This document shows positions 10,204 through 20,595 of a stretch of DNA of 64,000 bases, one piece after another. The stretch is from Fibrobacteria bacterium (GTDB lineage: Bacteria > Fibrobacterota > Fibrobacteria > UBA11236): the NCBI GenBank assembly GCA_017881725.1, contig JADGQO010000026.1, forward strand, positions 5,370 to 69,369, read 5' to 3'. The notes beneath the pieces were generated by a model. That model made no database searches. It saw only the letters and a list, made by a program, of their open reading frames with translations, and was not told where the DNA came from. Every line of letters starts with the position of its first letter. The first letter of the stretch is position 1. The translations under genes were made by a program, and so were the position numbers.

Positions 10204-11028
10204 ATGTCCAACTTGGCCGTGCGCATCCTATCGGCCGTGGTTTTAGGAGTCGTGGGGTTTTCCGCCCTGGTACTCGACGTGCGCAGTCGTTGGGCCATCG
10301 TGGCCCTGGCCTTGGCGTTGGGAGCCTGGGAGTTTTCCCGCATGATATCGGCCAAATTTTCCGGACCTCGCGTCGCCGCGCTTACCGCCGTCTTGACTTT
10401 GATCTGCGTCCTCCCCCATTATCCGGGGATCCATTTGCCCTTCGCCGTCCACTGGACCGAACTGATAATAGTGGTTGCCTTTTTGGGACTTACTCTGATT
10501 GGTTTCCGCTACGTGGACATCTCGGGCTTGGCGCCATGGTTATACCTGCAGATTTTTTCAGTCGCGTATTTCGGCATCTATGCGGCGGCGTTGTTCGGTT
10601 TACTCAGGTCCGAGTCCGGATGGTCCGGCATCTTCCCCCTCTTGTTGACGCAGGCCGCCATCGCCATGGCGGATACCGGTGCTTACGCCACAGGCCGCGC
10701 GTTTGGAAAGCATAAGTTGTGCCCCTCCATCAGTTCGGGAAAAACGATTGAGGGCGCGATCGGCGGAGCGATTTTGACGACGGCCCTGGTGGCTTGGATC
10801 GGCCCTAAATGCGTCGGCGGAGGTTTGCTATCCAATATCGGATTGGGAGTCGTGCTGTCCATCACCGCCATTCTAGGCGATCTTTTCATATCCATCCTGA
10901 AACGGTATACCGGCACCAAGGACTCTTCGCATTTGATCCCGGGTCATGGAGGCGTACTGGATCGATTCGATTCGCTCTTCTTTTCCGCTCCGGCCGCCCT
11001 GCTTTATTTGCACCTGGTCCAAGCCTGA
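10204..11028 (+). CDS. cdsA: Phosphatidate cytidylyltransferase
   Basis: Polytopic membrane protein; DTGAY, SSGKTIEG, GDLFIS..KR..GTKDS..IPGHGGVLDRFDS. Confidence 0.96.
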   Translation: MSNLAVRILSAVVLGVVGFSALVLDVRSRWAIVALALALGAWEFSRMISAKFSGPRVAALTAVLTLICVLPHYPGIHLPFAVHWTELIIVVAFLGLTLIGFRYVDISGLAPWLYLQIFSVAYFGIYAAALFGLLRSESGWSGIFPLLLTQAAIAMADTGAYATGRAFGKHKLCPSISSGKTIEGAIGGAILTTALVAWIGPKCVGGGLLSNIGLGVVLSITAILGDLFISILKRYTGTKDSSHLIPGHGGVLDRFDSLFFSAPAALLYLHLVQA

Positions 11029-11040
11029 ATCCAAGCCCGG

Positions 11041-11532
11041 TTATTGGCTTCTTCGAAAAATGATGGGTTGATCGTTTTCTACGACCGTCCAGGCCCCGGC
11101 TTTCACATTGATGGGCTTTTCCCTGGTCAACGGCGCGCGGCATCCCGAAGTATCGTTCAATTGGTAGGCGGGCGGATCGCGGTACTGGCATAGCGTCTTG
11201 GCGCTGATCATTTTTCCGTCCGTTACCGACCATGTCCCATATTCATGGCTGAGCTCCACATAGTCGTTGGGGGCGGGAACTCCCGTCGCCGTGCGATAGG
11301 ATAAGAGCATGGTATGGTCCGAATCGACCTCCATCGTCACCTTGATGTCCGCGGGAGGCGTAGTCGTTGTGATGGGGATGTTTGTGCGCCAAATGCCGAC
11401 CACCGTTGCTTCTGTGGCCGGCTCATTGGGCACAGCCTTGGACGAGGATTGGGTCAATTGCGATAAATCACACCCGTTAAGAATCAAAGTTACGGCTGCG
11501 CCTGTTATGAAAATCCGCCCGAATCCCAACAT
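11041..11532 (-). CDS. Hypothetical lipoprotein (beta-rich)
   Basis: Hydrophobic leader with lipobox LILNG-C; VVGIW lipocalin-like motif. Confidence 0.6.
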   Translation of the reverse strand: MLGFGRIFITGAAVTLILNGCDLSQLTQSSSKAVPNEPATEATVVGIWRTNIPITTTTPPADIKVTMEVDSDHTMLLSYRTATGVPAPNDYVELSHEYGTWSVTDGKMISAKTLCQYRDPPAYQLNDTSGCRAPLTREKPINVKAGAWTVVENDQPIIFRRSQ

Positions 11533-11744
11533 AGTCGTCCACCTTTCGTCTCCATGCCTATTCCGATCCAGGAAGAGGACCTTCTTTTACCGATCGAATT
11601 CTAGCACGCGGAGCAAAGATTCAACAAGCGCCGGGGCGCCGGAGTTTTTGAGGAAGAACCGGAGGTTTTACTCACAATCCTTGCGCTCCGATGGGATGGG
11701 CAATACAATGAGGGGGGCCTGGAGAACGGGCAGGGACGGCCAAG

Positions 11745-14021
11745 TTGCGCAAATCAGGGCATTTACGAAATTGGAAATTTCTTTTGGCGGCGTATTGTCT
11801 ACTGTCGCCTAACTGGGTTCATGGCGCCGGCGTGGATTTGGACAGCCTTTCCCTGAAGCGCTTGATGGATTTGGACGTCACTTCGGTTTCCAAGCGCGCC
11901 CAAAAAGTACGGGATGTCGCGACTTCGATTTACGTCATCACGCAGGACGATATTCGCCGATCCGGGGCCACGCGTATTCAAGATGCACTGAAGCTGGCTC
12001 CCGGGGTTTGGGTGGATGAGGCCAGTTACACCATCACCGGTGAAGGCATCCGCAATTCCGCATTCGCCTTTTCCAGTTCCCTCCTTTGGATACTCGATGG
12101 CGTGCCGATGACGGATCCCATTATCGGAGGCGTGTTCTTCAACGCGCTTGACCTTCCCCTGGAAGACATCGATCGCATCGAAATCATCAAGGGGCCGGGA
12201 GGCAGCATTTACGGAGCGAATGCGGCCACGGGCATCGTGAGCATCTTCACGAAAAGCGGAGAGGCGTCCGAAGGATTGAAAGCGTCCTTGTCGGGCGGAA
12301 CCCAAAATTACCTGGCTCCGTATTTTCGATATGGCTTCGAGGCGCGGCCGGATTTTTTCGTGACCGTTTGGGCCCGTTTGAAAACCCATGACGGTTACCG
12401 TCGCAACCCGCTCTTCGCCGGAGACAGCCTGTGGGCGCCCATCAACGGCAGCGGGGACGTGAGGACTGCCAACCAATTCCGCGGGGTCGACGATTACCAG
12501 CGCGCGCAATCCGGCGGCTTGAAATGGGACTACCAGCCGGGTGAGAAATGGAAATGGTCCGGACAAATCCGGGATATGCATGTGAATGACGGACAATACT
12601 CCATCCAATTGACGCCCTATCCCGACTCCGCCCCGGCCACGCCGGGTGTTGTCAAAGCGCCGGACAGCGTCTATGCCAACCGCGAGGCCATGGATCAATT
12701 GGTGATACAAACCCGATTCGACGGCAGCCTCGGCACGGACAACAATTATTTCTTATCCACGTACCATTGGCGTTACCGGTATGACGTGGCTTTGGCCAGC
12801 GGATTCCTGGCGGGATTCGACATCACGGAAGTGGAAGCGCAGGACAATTTGAAATACGGCCGCCACAACGTCAGCGCCGGAGCGAATTTCCGCAGGGTCC
12901 AATACGAATTCCGCGATTTGCGGGCGACGGGATCCATCATCGTCCAAGAGCCCGACTATTTGGCTTTTTTGGCCGGCGCCTTCCTGCAGGACGAAATGGA
13001 ATTCGGCCCGCGTTGGCGTTTAACCGCCGGGGCCAAGGCGGAAACGTGGACGCCGCTGGGTTGGGTCCCGGAAATTTCCCCAAGTCTGAGGCTGGCCTTC
13101 AAGCCGAATAACGATCAAACGTGGTGGGCGGCGGCATCGCGCGGAGTCACGACCCCGGCCAACTCCCAGCGGGACATGGAGGTGCGCGTCTCGCAACTCC
13201 CGCCCACGTGGCAAAAGTGGGTATGGGGCGCGCAACCTCCGCCCGGCGCGGGAAAATGGGTGGCCCTGGTTTCCGGAGATGAGGTTCCCGTTAACTATTA
13301 CACCCTGGAATGCGGCCAACGGGGATCTTGGAAGCAGCGCGTCCAATGGGACGTCAGCGGATTTTATAGCTGGGTACGCGGGCAAATCGGCCTGACTCCC
13401 GTGGATCCGACGTTTCAAACCGTTATCGCTTCCAAGGGCAACCCATCCGACTCGCTGGTTCCCTTATACAATGCCAATCTCGACGACGAGGAAACCTTCG
13501 GCGGGGAAGCTTGGCTTCGCCTATTGCCGATGGAGGCTCTGCGGATGGAGTTCTCCTATTCTCTTTTTTGGGTTTACAATTTCGTCGGATACCCTATTCC
13601 CAATGACCCGGGCGGCCGCACGTTTCCGAGGCCCGATGAATTTAATCGTCAGACCCCCAATCATGTCCTGCGCGCCCGCGCGAATTGCGTTCTGCCTTTC
13701 GAAACCGGCTTGAACGTCAACGGCATCGTATCGTCCCCCTTCTCGCGCGGCGAGGCCTTTAATTACGCCCTGCAACGTCCCGTCTCCCAAACCGGACGCT
13801 TTTTTGCGAATCAGGCGGTTATAGCCGATGCCCCAAGGTGGCAGTTCCAAATGGATGTTTCCTTGGAAAAAAAATTCCTCGCCGATCGCCTTACCGTGAC
13901 CGCGTGGGGGCGCAATCTTTTGGCGGATCCGTTCGTGGAGGTCTTTAACCAATACGGTTGGATCAGTTATCCCCACCAAATCTATCGCACTTTTGGCATT
14001 AACCTGTCGTACCAACCTTGA
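11745..14021 (+). CDS. TonB-dependent receptor
   Basis: Plug region LSLKRLMDLDVTSVSKR...VITQDDIRRSGA, DIDRIEIIKGPGGSIYGANAATG; C-terminal GRNL...FGINLSYQP beta-strand. Confidence 0.93.
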   Translation: MRKSGHLRNWKFLLAAYCLLSPNWVHGAGVDLDSLSLKRLMDLDVTSVSKRAQKVRDVATSIYVITQDDIRRSGATRIQDALKLAPGVWVDEASYTITGEGIRNSAFAFSSSLLWILDGVPMTDPIIGGVFFNALDLPLEDIDRIEIIKGPGGSIYGANAATGIVSIFTKSGEASEGLKASLSGGTQNYLAPYFRYGFEARPDFFVTVWARLKTHDGYRRNPLFAGDSLWAPINGSGDVRTANQFRGVDDYQRAQSGGLKWDYQPGEKWKWSGQIRDMHVNDGQYSIQLTPYPDSAPATPGVVKAPDSVYANREAMDQLVIQTRFDGSLGTDNNYFLSTYHWRYRYDVALASGFLAGFDITEVEAQDNLKYGRHNVSAGANFRRVQYEFRDLRATGSIIVQEPDYLAFLAGAFLQDEMEFGPRWRLTAGAKAETWTPLGWVPEISPSLRLAFKPNNDQTWWAAASRGVTTPANSQRDMEVRVSQLPPTWQKWVWGAQPPPGAGKWVALVSGDEVPVNYYTLECGQRGSWKQRVQWDVSGFYSWVRGQIGLTPVDPTFQTVIASKGNPSDSLVPLYNANLDDEETFGGEAWLRLLPMEALRMEFSYSLFWVYNFVGYPIPNDPGGRTFPRPDEFNRQTPNHVLRARANCVLPFETGLNVNGIVSSPFSRGEAFNYALQRPVSQTGRFFANQAVIADAPRWQFQMDVSLEKKFLADRLTVTAWGRNLLADPFVEVFNQYGWISYPHQIYRTFGINLSYQP

Positions 14022-14145
14022 AAGGCTTAAATTCACAATGCCCACGCCGACCGCGAGCAAAGATTTCCTTGCACTTTTCAAACCTCACCCATTACAATGG
14101 AAAGGGTTTAGAAATCCCGCTTGATCTCCTTTTGATGGGAAAGCC

Positions 14146-14682
14146 ATGAGTCCGAACGACCCGATTGTAGACGCGCTCTACGAAATGGTGCGATCCTTCG
14201 AGGGCTGCGTCACCTGGGCCATTCGCGCCATATTGGAAACCGAAACCAAACCCGCCTTGCCTTTCCGCGTGACAGCCTCCTTTCCGGAACCGCAATCGCT
14301 TTTTTGCATCCTCCCTGCCGGCAGCGCGAACTTCCATTCCCAGATTATTATCGGCGTCGAGGAAGCCGACTTGCCGGCGATTTTTCCGAGCGAAGTGGAC
14401 CCCAAAATCCGCAGGGACGCCGTGGGCGAAATGGCGAACGTAATATCCGGCTTATTCGTGGCCGACGATATTTTCATTTCCCGTTTCGGCTATTTGAAAC
14501 CGTCCTCGCCGTTTTTCAGCGACGGCCCGTTCACGGCGCGCAAGGACTGGAGCATTGAAGGCAACGTCGAGGCCAACGGCAAACTGATTCACTTGCATTT
14601 CAGCATTCGCCCCATCGAGGATATCCGTGAAACATCGAACCTGCGGGGAAAAAATCCGGAAAAATCCGGGACGAAGCCATGA
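14146..14682 (+). CDS. CheX/CheC-like phosphatase
   Basis: DAVGEMANVISG matches the ExxN CheC/CheX motif; overlaps the receiver gene (ATGA). Confidence 0.75.
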   Translation: MSPNDPIVDALYEMVRSFEGCVTWAIRAILETETKPALPFRVTASFPEPQSLFCILPAGSANFHSQIIIGVEEADLPAIFPSEVDPKIRRDAVGEMANVISGLFVADDIFISRFGYLKPSSPFFSDGPFTARKDWSIEGNVEANGKLIHLHFSIRPIEDIRETSNLRGKNPEKSGTKP

Positions 14683-15062
14683 TTAAACGCATTGTGATCA
14701 TCGACGACTCGTTGTTCCTCATCAAACAGTTGACGGCATTCTTCGAAGCCGTGATGGGATATCAGGTCGTGGCCGCCGGCGCGGACGGCACCCAGGCGCT
14801 GGAACTTTACCGGAAGCATAAACCGGATCTCATGACCCTGGATATCACCATGCCGAACAAGGACGGGGTGGAAGCCCTAGCCGAAATCCTCGCCGCCGAT
14901 CCAAATGCGCGGGTGATGATTATTTCCGCCGTGCGCGGCCCGGAAATGACGCGCTGCCTGGCCTTGGGCGCGCGGGGCTACATGGCAAAGCCCCTTCTGT
15001 TCAGCGACGATCAATTCGTGCGTGAATTCCGGGAGTCTCTGGAAGATATTTTCGGCCCCTGA
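14679..15062 (+). CDS. Single-domain response regulator (CheY-like)
   Basis: IIDDS, TLDITMP (phospho-Asp), ISA, KP. Confidence 0.93.
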   Translation: MIKRIVIIDDSLFLIKQLTAFFEAVMGYQVVAAGADGTQALELYRKHKPDLMTLDITMPNKDGVEALAEILAADPNARVMIISAVRGPEMTRCLALGARGYMAKPLLFSDDQFVREFRESLEDIFGP

Positions 15063-15064
15063 AT

Positions 15065-17428
15065 TCAGTCGTGAAGGCCGGACGGCAACCTGAGCGTAAT
15101 CCGGGCGCCTTGGCCCGGCAACGAATCCACATCGACTGTTCCGCCCCGCTCCTCGGCCCACTTCACCACGGCATGCATCCCCACGCCCCGTCCGGAAATC
15201 TCCGTGGCCGAATCCCGGGTCGAAAAACCGGGGAGGAAAATCAACTTTTGCCGATCGGATTCGCCCAATCGGGACAAGGTCTCGACGGAAACCAATCCCT
15301 TTGCCAACGCCTGGGAAGCCACGTGGTCGGGATCGATGCCTGCGCCATCATCGCTTACAGTCACGTCTAAGTTACCCTGCCGTTCCTCGATGCGGATCGT
15401 AATTTTTCCGCAAGGGCTTTTGCCCAACGCCGACCGCTCCGCATCCGTTTCGATGCCATGATCGGCCGCGTTGCGGATCATATGCACCAAGGGTTCGTCC
15501 AAGGCGGCGAACATTCGCGGAGAAATTTCCAATCCCTCCGGTTCCACTTTCAGCTCCAAGCGCTTGCCCAGGGATTCTCCCAGGCGCCCCACCATGCGGC
15601 GGTATTTTTCCGCCCATCTCCCCAAAGGGATGGAATCGAGGTCGCGACAGGCGCGTAGCAGCCTGCGAAGCCCGTCATCCCCGCCCGTTCCAGAGCCTAA
15701 AACCGATGCGGAGGTTTTGGGTTCCAAGGCCCGCGCTAGCGCGCGCAACTCCGCAAGCCGGTGGTCCGCGATGGAAACCGCGTCGGGACCTCCCCGCGCC
15801 ATTTCCCCGCGCAAACCCAGGAGGCGAGACTGTTCCGAACGCATATCCATCAGGAAGGCCTGGAATCCGGACCAGGGATTCGTGTCCATACTCCCGCCGG
15901 GCCGCGCGACCAGCCACTCTTCCGCCATCCTCATGACGCGCGCAAGCGCCTCGAACCCATAAGTCGCGGAGGTCCCTTTCAAGGTGTGCAGATCGCGGGA
16001 CAACGACTGGACGAGGCTACGATAAGCGCCGACCTCCGCCGTCGATAAGCTATCCGCCGCCACGCTCATACGTTGAATCCGCTCCTCCAAATCGTCCAGG
16101 AATTCGGGAATGGATTCACCATACCGTACCATGCCCAGAATGGCTTTCACCTCGTCTTCATGACGCTGTTTCTGATCGCGGATTGCCTGCTCCACGCGCC
16201 TGGACTCGGTGACGTCCTGCACCAGGATCATCAGTTTCTCCAACCTTTCGTCGTGATTCAACATTTTCTGGTAACCCACGATAACCGTGCGTTCGCGGCC
16301 GTCGGCGCCGTCCAAGCGCAATTCGCGCACCGGACATACCCGCAAAATCTTTTCCCAACGGAGCGACCGGTGTTTGGACTTCACCATTGCGAACCAGTCC
16401 ATCCACTCGGACAGGGCCGCCGCATCCAAATGCAGCAGCTCCGCAAGCGACTTTTTGGAGACGTCTGCGACGCCCAGAACGGCATTGGTGGACAGGGCGT
16501 AATCCGGATTCACTTTTCCATCCAAACCGATGGTGAACAATCCCTGCTCGATATGATCGAGAATATCCTTGATTTCCCGAATCTTGTCCTGGACCATCTC
16601 CTCCAGGCGCTCCGTGTAATCCTTTACCGTCCGGCGCATGGAATCGAAATCCGCCGCCAGGAGCGCGATTTCATCTTCTCCGGTAACCTCCAGGGGACGG
16701 GCGTAGTCGCCGCGCGCGATGGCGTTGGCCGCTGTCTGCAAAGCTTCGATGGGGCGCGTGATGCGCTTGGCCTGCCGCCTGGCAGCCAAGTAAGCCAGCC
16801 CAATGGCGAGGGTGCCCAACATAACCAATGCGCCCAACATTTTAACGAGGGATTGCCGGGCCTCCGCTGCCGCCGCCGCGATGGCGTTTTCCATGAGCGC
16901 CGTGGTAAGTCCGTAGCGTACCGAGCCCATACGACGGCCATCCACCATGACCGGCGCCGCGAATTCATAAACGTCAACGCCGGCGGTATGCGACCACCGG
17001 TGAGTCGCGCCGGGTACCGAAGAGGCCCAAATGCTTAGGGAATCCTCCAAGAAGTAGGCGGACTTGACCAAGCCGTCCGGGTGCAGCGAATCGGCGAAAG
17101 CCCACGGCCTCCTTCTTTCGTCCATGTAGATTCCGTAAACAATGTCACGGTCCGAGGAGACGGTATTGGCAATAATCGACGCGACTCCAGAGAAGGAATT
17201 GTCGCCGACCATGCCCGACAACGCGAGCGCATTATTCGCGGCCAGCATCTGGCCTTTGGCTAGGAGTGTATTGCGGATGGATGAGACCGCCGCCGCCTTT
17301 TGACGTTGGGATAAGGACACATTGAGCAATATGACGATGGCCAGGAACCCGATCAAGGTGGAGGCCAGCACCGTGACGGAGCTGACCAGCAACTTCCGCT
17401 CGATGCCTTGGCCGGGACGGGCGCTCAT
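15065..17428 (-). CDS. Membrane-bound CheA-like histidine kinase (TM-periplasmic-TM-HAMP-PAS-Hpt-HATPase; no CheW domain)
   Basis: Two TM helices; HAMP RPIEALQ...DEIALLAADFDSM; Hpt DLHTLKG; CheA-type HMIRNAADHGIE and SGRGVGM; ends immediately after the ATPase domain. Confidence 0.88.
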   Translation of the reverse strand: MSARPGQGIERKLLVSSVTVLASTLIGFLAIVILLNVSLSQRQKAAAVSSIRNTLLAKGQMLAANNALALSGMVGDNSFSGVASIIANTVSSDRDIVYGIYMDERRRPWAFADSLHPDGLVKSAYFLEDSLSIWASSVPGATHRWSHTAGVDVYEFAAPVMVDGRRMGSVRYGLTTALMENAIAAAAAEARQSLVKMLGALVMLGTLAIGLAYLAARRQAKRITRPIEALQTAANAIARGDYARPLEVTGEDEIALLAADFDSMRRTVKDYTERLEEMVQDKIREIKDILDHIEQGLFTIGLDGKVNPDYALSTNAVLGVADVSKKSLAELLHLDAAALSEWMDWFAMVKSKHRSLRWEKILRVCPVRELRLDGADGRERTVIVGYQKMLNHDERLEKLMILVQDVTESRRVEQAIRDQKQRHEDEVKAILGMVRYGESIPEFLDDLEERIQRMSVAADSLSTAEVGAYRSLVQSLSRDLHTLKGTSATYGFEALARVMRMAEEWLVARPGGSMDTNPWSGFQAFLMDMRSEQSRLLGLRGEMARGGPDAVSIADHRLAELRALARALEPKTSASVLGSGTGGDDGLRRLLRACRDLDSIPLGRWAEKYRRMVGRLGESLGKRLELKVEPEGLEISPRMFAALDEPLVHMIRNAADHGIETDAERSALGKSPCGKITIRIEERQGNLDVTVSDDGAGIDPDHVASQALAKGLVSVETLSRLGESDRQKLIFLPGFSTRDSATEISGRGVGMHAVVKWAEERGGTVDVDSLPGQGARITLRLPSGLHD

Positions 17429-18414
17429 CGCAACACCTTGTCGATTTCCACCAGGGCCTCATCCCGGATGGAGGCGACCTTACGCGCCTGCGGCAAGTTC
17501 AGGATTTTATACACCGCCAACGGCTGCTCCAACCGGGTCGAATCGGGCGCTTCCCAATCCGCCGCTTTGAGGCGCAGGATAATTCCGGCGGTCTGGACTC
17601 CCAGCGCATAATGGTCGGGCAGCAAGGCGAAAGTTCCAAAACTCACGGCGGACGTCACCAGATTTTCCACTCCGACCACCACGGGTTTACGGAAATGCTC
17701 CAAGGCGGGCAGCCATCCGCCCGCGATGATTTCCGGAGTGAGGAGAAAATTGTCGTTGAGAATCCACAGCGCGTCGACGTCCTGATCCAGGCGCAAGCGG
17801 CGCAATCCCCGGCGCACGGCCAGGGAAGGATCTTGCCCGGCCTCGGGAATTTCAAAGGCCAGCAACTGGATGTTTTCTGACTGGCACCATTTGGCGTTCT
17901 CCTTAACGAAGTCGCGCATGGACGGCCGCGCCAGCACGCCGACCTTCCGCACCGGTGAGGACAAGATGGATCGCAAATTCATGACCGTAGTGACCGCCGG
18001 AACCTCGTAGAAAATCCCCGTCATGCGGGCCATGCCGGCGATGGCCCTATCCACACGGACGGCCATGAGAGCCACGCCCGGCGGGGGCGGCAGGGAATCG
18101 CGCCAAAGCTTCTGGACCTGGGCATAAAGTTGAATGGCCTGATTGTCCATGAGCACGACGGCCTTGCAATGGGCGAGGTGGATCTCATTCGCGACCGCGG
18201 CGGCATCGTCTCCGGCCGCCAGCAGGCGCGCGTGTGTTTCGAATTCCAGCCCCAGTTCATGGACCAACCCATTCGCCGCTTCGTCGAAGTGGATGCCGGA
18301 CGGACGCAGGATCAGGATGGAATCGGAACCATTGGCGATGGCCGCCAAGCACACGGCCATGATTAAAGTTCGGCATGTCCAGGGACCGTGCCGTTGTCGG
18401 GAATTCATTTCCAT
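17425..18414 (-). CDS. Periplasmic ABC substrate-binding-like protein
   Basis: Signal peptide; alpha/beta pattern VDALWILND, KPVVVG, GVQTA, ILNL resembling ABC_sub_bind; no permease nearby; overlaps the kinase start. Confidence 0.65.
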   Translation of the reverse strand: MEMNSRQRHGPWTCRTLIMAVCLAAIANGSDSILILRPSGIHFDEAANGLVHELGLEFETHARLLAAGDDAAAVANEIHLAHCKAVVLMDNQAIQLYAQVQKLWRDSLPPPPGVALMAVRVDRAIAGMARMTGIFYEVPAVTTVMNLRSILSSPVRKVGVLARPSMRDFVKENAKWCQSENIQLLAFEIPEAGQDPSLAVRRGLRRLRLDQDVDALWILNDNFLLTPEIIAGGWLPALEHFRKPVVVGVENLVTSAVSFGTFALLPDHYALGVQTAGIILRLKAADWEAPDSTRLEQPLAVYKILNLPQARKVASIRDEALVEIDKVLR

Positions 18415-19118
18415 CCGTCCACCCCCAGCATCCGTAGGCTACCGGCGTCCAAATGCCGCCATTGCATCAGCATTTCCTTGGCATCGAAGCCTTCGCGCAC
18501 GGCCAGGGCCGTCAGCGTCACTTGGCCCTTTTCCAATCGGGAAGCCGTCAATTTTTCCTGGGACTTCCTTTGCAGTTCCGCCATGTTGGATTCGGAAACC
18601 AATACCGCGTCCACGGAATGGAAAATGAGCAGCGGAAGCAAATCCTCGACCTTGGTCACGCGGTTTAACCGGGGCGTTCCGCCCACCAACCCATTAATGA
18701 AAGCCCCCATCTCCGCCCGCTCCAAAATGCCGACAACGCCGATTTCCAATTTCGAGACGCGACCCATATCAACGGGCTTCTCCAAGGACAGGAGCACGAA
18801 GTTTTCCGTCGTTGATCCATTCCGAACGCCTTGCAGGCGAGAAGCGTAACCTCGGAATGGGCCGAGCACCATGCCGGGAGCGACGAGTATTTCCGGCTTT
18901 TCCTGCGCGACCTGGGCTTCTAAATCCGCCAGCCGCGCGAAAACGGTGATTTCCAATCCGGGACAATTACGGGCCAGCGACTCTTGAATCGCCAAAGGCC
19001 GGGCCAGCGAGGGGTAATACACATAGACTTTGCCGCCACCGGGGGACGGCTTTCCCGCCATAGCCACGATCAAAACCAGGGACAAAATCGCGCGCGCCTT
19101 AAGCCGGACTTTCACCAT
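18405..19118 (-). CDS. Exported periplasmic-binding-fold-like hypothetical protein
   Basis: Signal peptide; SD GGGAGG before ATG at 19118; RVTKVEDLLPLL...VDAVLV segment; coupled to the downstream gene. Confidence 0.55.
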   Translation of the reverse strand: MVKVRLKARAILSLVLIVAMAGKPSPGGGKVYVYYPSLARPLAIQESLARNCPGLEITVFARLADLEAQVAQEKPEILVAPGMVLGPFRGYASRLQGVRNGSTTENFVLLSLEKPVDMGRVSKLEIGVVGILERAEMGAFINGLVGGTPRLNRVTKVEDLLPLLIFHSVDAVLVSESNMAELQRKSQEKLTASRLEKGQVTLTALAVREGFDAKEMLMQWRHLDAGSLRMLGVDGWK

Positions 19119-19302
19119 AACCTCCCGAAGAATCCATCCCATGGACCTCCCGCGCCAGCCCCATTCCATCCCGGCGTCTCATGTCTCGGACCGATTATAG
19201 CACGCGCCGACGCCGCCGGGCATGGATTGGGTCGACAATTACGGGATATGCCCCGGAAACCTTGGTATAATCGCAATCAGGGATTTTTTATATTGACCTC
19301 GG

Positions 19303-20565
19303 ATGAATAAGAAACGCATCGCCTTGCTCGGCGCCACCGGTTCGATTGGAATGGCCGCCCTAAAGGTGATCCGCCAGCATCCCGATCGGTTCCAGTTGGT
19401 GAGCGTCGCCGCCGGCAGACAATGGGACAAGCTCCTCCCCGTCATCCAGGAATTCAATCTCGGTAAAGCCTGCCTGTGGGAAGAGGCTGCGGCCGCTGAA
19501 TTGCGCCGACACACTGCGGCGAAAGTTTTTTCCGGCATGGACGGCCTGTTGGAATTATGCGCCGACGCGGATGTGGATTTCGTCTTGAACGGTTTGGTGG
19601 GGGCCATCGGCTGCCGTCCAACCCTGGAGGCGATTCGCCACGGGAAGCATGTCGGACTCGCGAACAAGGAAACCATGGTCATGGCCGGAGCCATCATCAA
19701 TGAGGCTTTGAGTCGTCATCCGGAAAGCCGCATGATTCCGATCGATTCGGAGCATTCCGCGATTTTCCAATGCTTGGCCGGGCGACCTGTTTCCGAAGTG
19801 GAACATATCGAATTGACCGCGTCCGGCGGCCCGTTCCGTGAGCGCCCGCAAGCGACCTTCGCGACCATCACAAAATCGGACGCCCTGAAACATCCCACTT
19901 GGAAGATGGGCGCCAAAATCACCATCGACTCCGCGACCCTGATGAACAAAGGGCTGGAAGTCATCGAAGCGCATTATCTCTTCGGCATGGATTTCAATCG
20001 CATCAAGGTGACCATCCACCCCACTTCCATCATCCACAGTTTCGTGCAATTCCGCGACGGCTCACTTATGGCCCAACTCGGTTGCCCCGATATGCAATTG
20101 CCCATCCAATACGCGATGACCTACCCCGAACGCTGGTCCCTGGACGTCGAACGCTTGGACTTGGCCAAGGTGGCCAAATTGGAATTCTTCCCTCCGGATT
20201 TCGAAAAATTTCCCTGCCTGGGTTTAGCCTACCGGGCCGGATCTTTGGGCGGTACGGCCCCGGCCGTTCTCAACGCCGCCAACGAAGCCGTAGTCGCCAG
20301 GTTTTTGGAAGAGTCCATCGCCTTCACGGACATACCCATCATTTTAAGCCAGGTTTTGGAACAAGCGGCCCTATCGGGACAATCAGCCCAAACGGCCAGG
20401 ACCGATACCCATGCTGTGCATGGCCTTGCAAGCAAGGCTTCGCAACCAACCTTGGACGATGTGCTGAAGGCCGACGCCTGGGCGCGCGCCGAAGCGGAAA
20501 AAATCATGTCGCGGGGAATCGGAAAAACCGCCGTCTCCCCTGCGGCCAAAGTCGGAAATCGATAG
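19303..20565 (+). CDS. dxr: 1-deoxy-D-xylulose 5-phosphate reductoisomerase
   Basis: LGATGSIG, LANKE, PIDSEHSAIFQ, HPTWKMGAKITIDSATLMNKGLE. Confidence 0.99.
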   Translation: MNKKRIALLGATGSIGMAALKVIRQHPDRFQLVSVAAGRQWDKLLPVIQEFNLGKACLWEEAAAAELRRHTAAKVFSGMDGLLELCADADVDFVLNGLVGAIGCRPTLEAIRHGKHVGLANKETMVMAGAIINEALSRHPESRMIPIDSEHSAIFQCLAGRPVSEVEHIELTASGGPFRERPQATFATITKSDALKHPTWKMGAKITIDSATLMNKGLEVIEAHYLFGMDFNRIKVTIHPTSIIHSFVQFRDGSLMAQLGCPDMQLPIQYAMTYPERWSLDVERLDLAKVAKLEFFPPDFEKFPCLGLAYRAGSLGGTAPAVLNAANEAVVARFLEESIAFTDIPIILSQVLEQAALSGQSAQTARTDTHAVHGLASKASQPTLDDVLKADAWARAEAEKIMSRGIGKTAVSPAAKVGNR

Positions 20566-20595
20566 GGCTGCGGCCCGTTCGGAAAAGGATCGCCA

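Noticed and set aside
20370-20450. Low-complexity insert near the Dxr C-terminus
   Set aside because: Probably a variable surface loop; catalytic motifs are intact.
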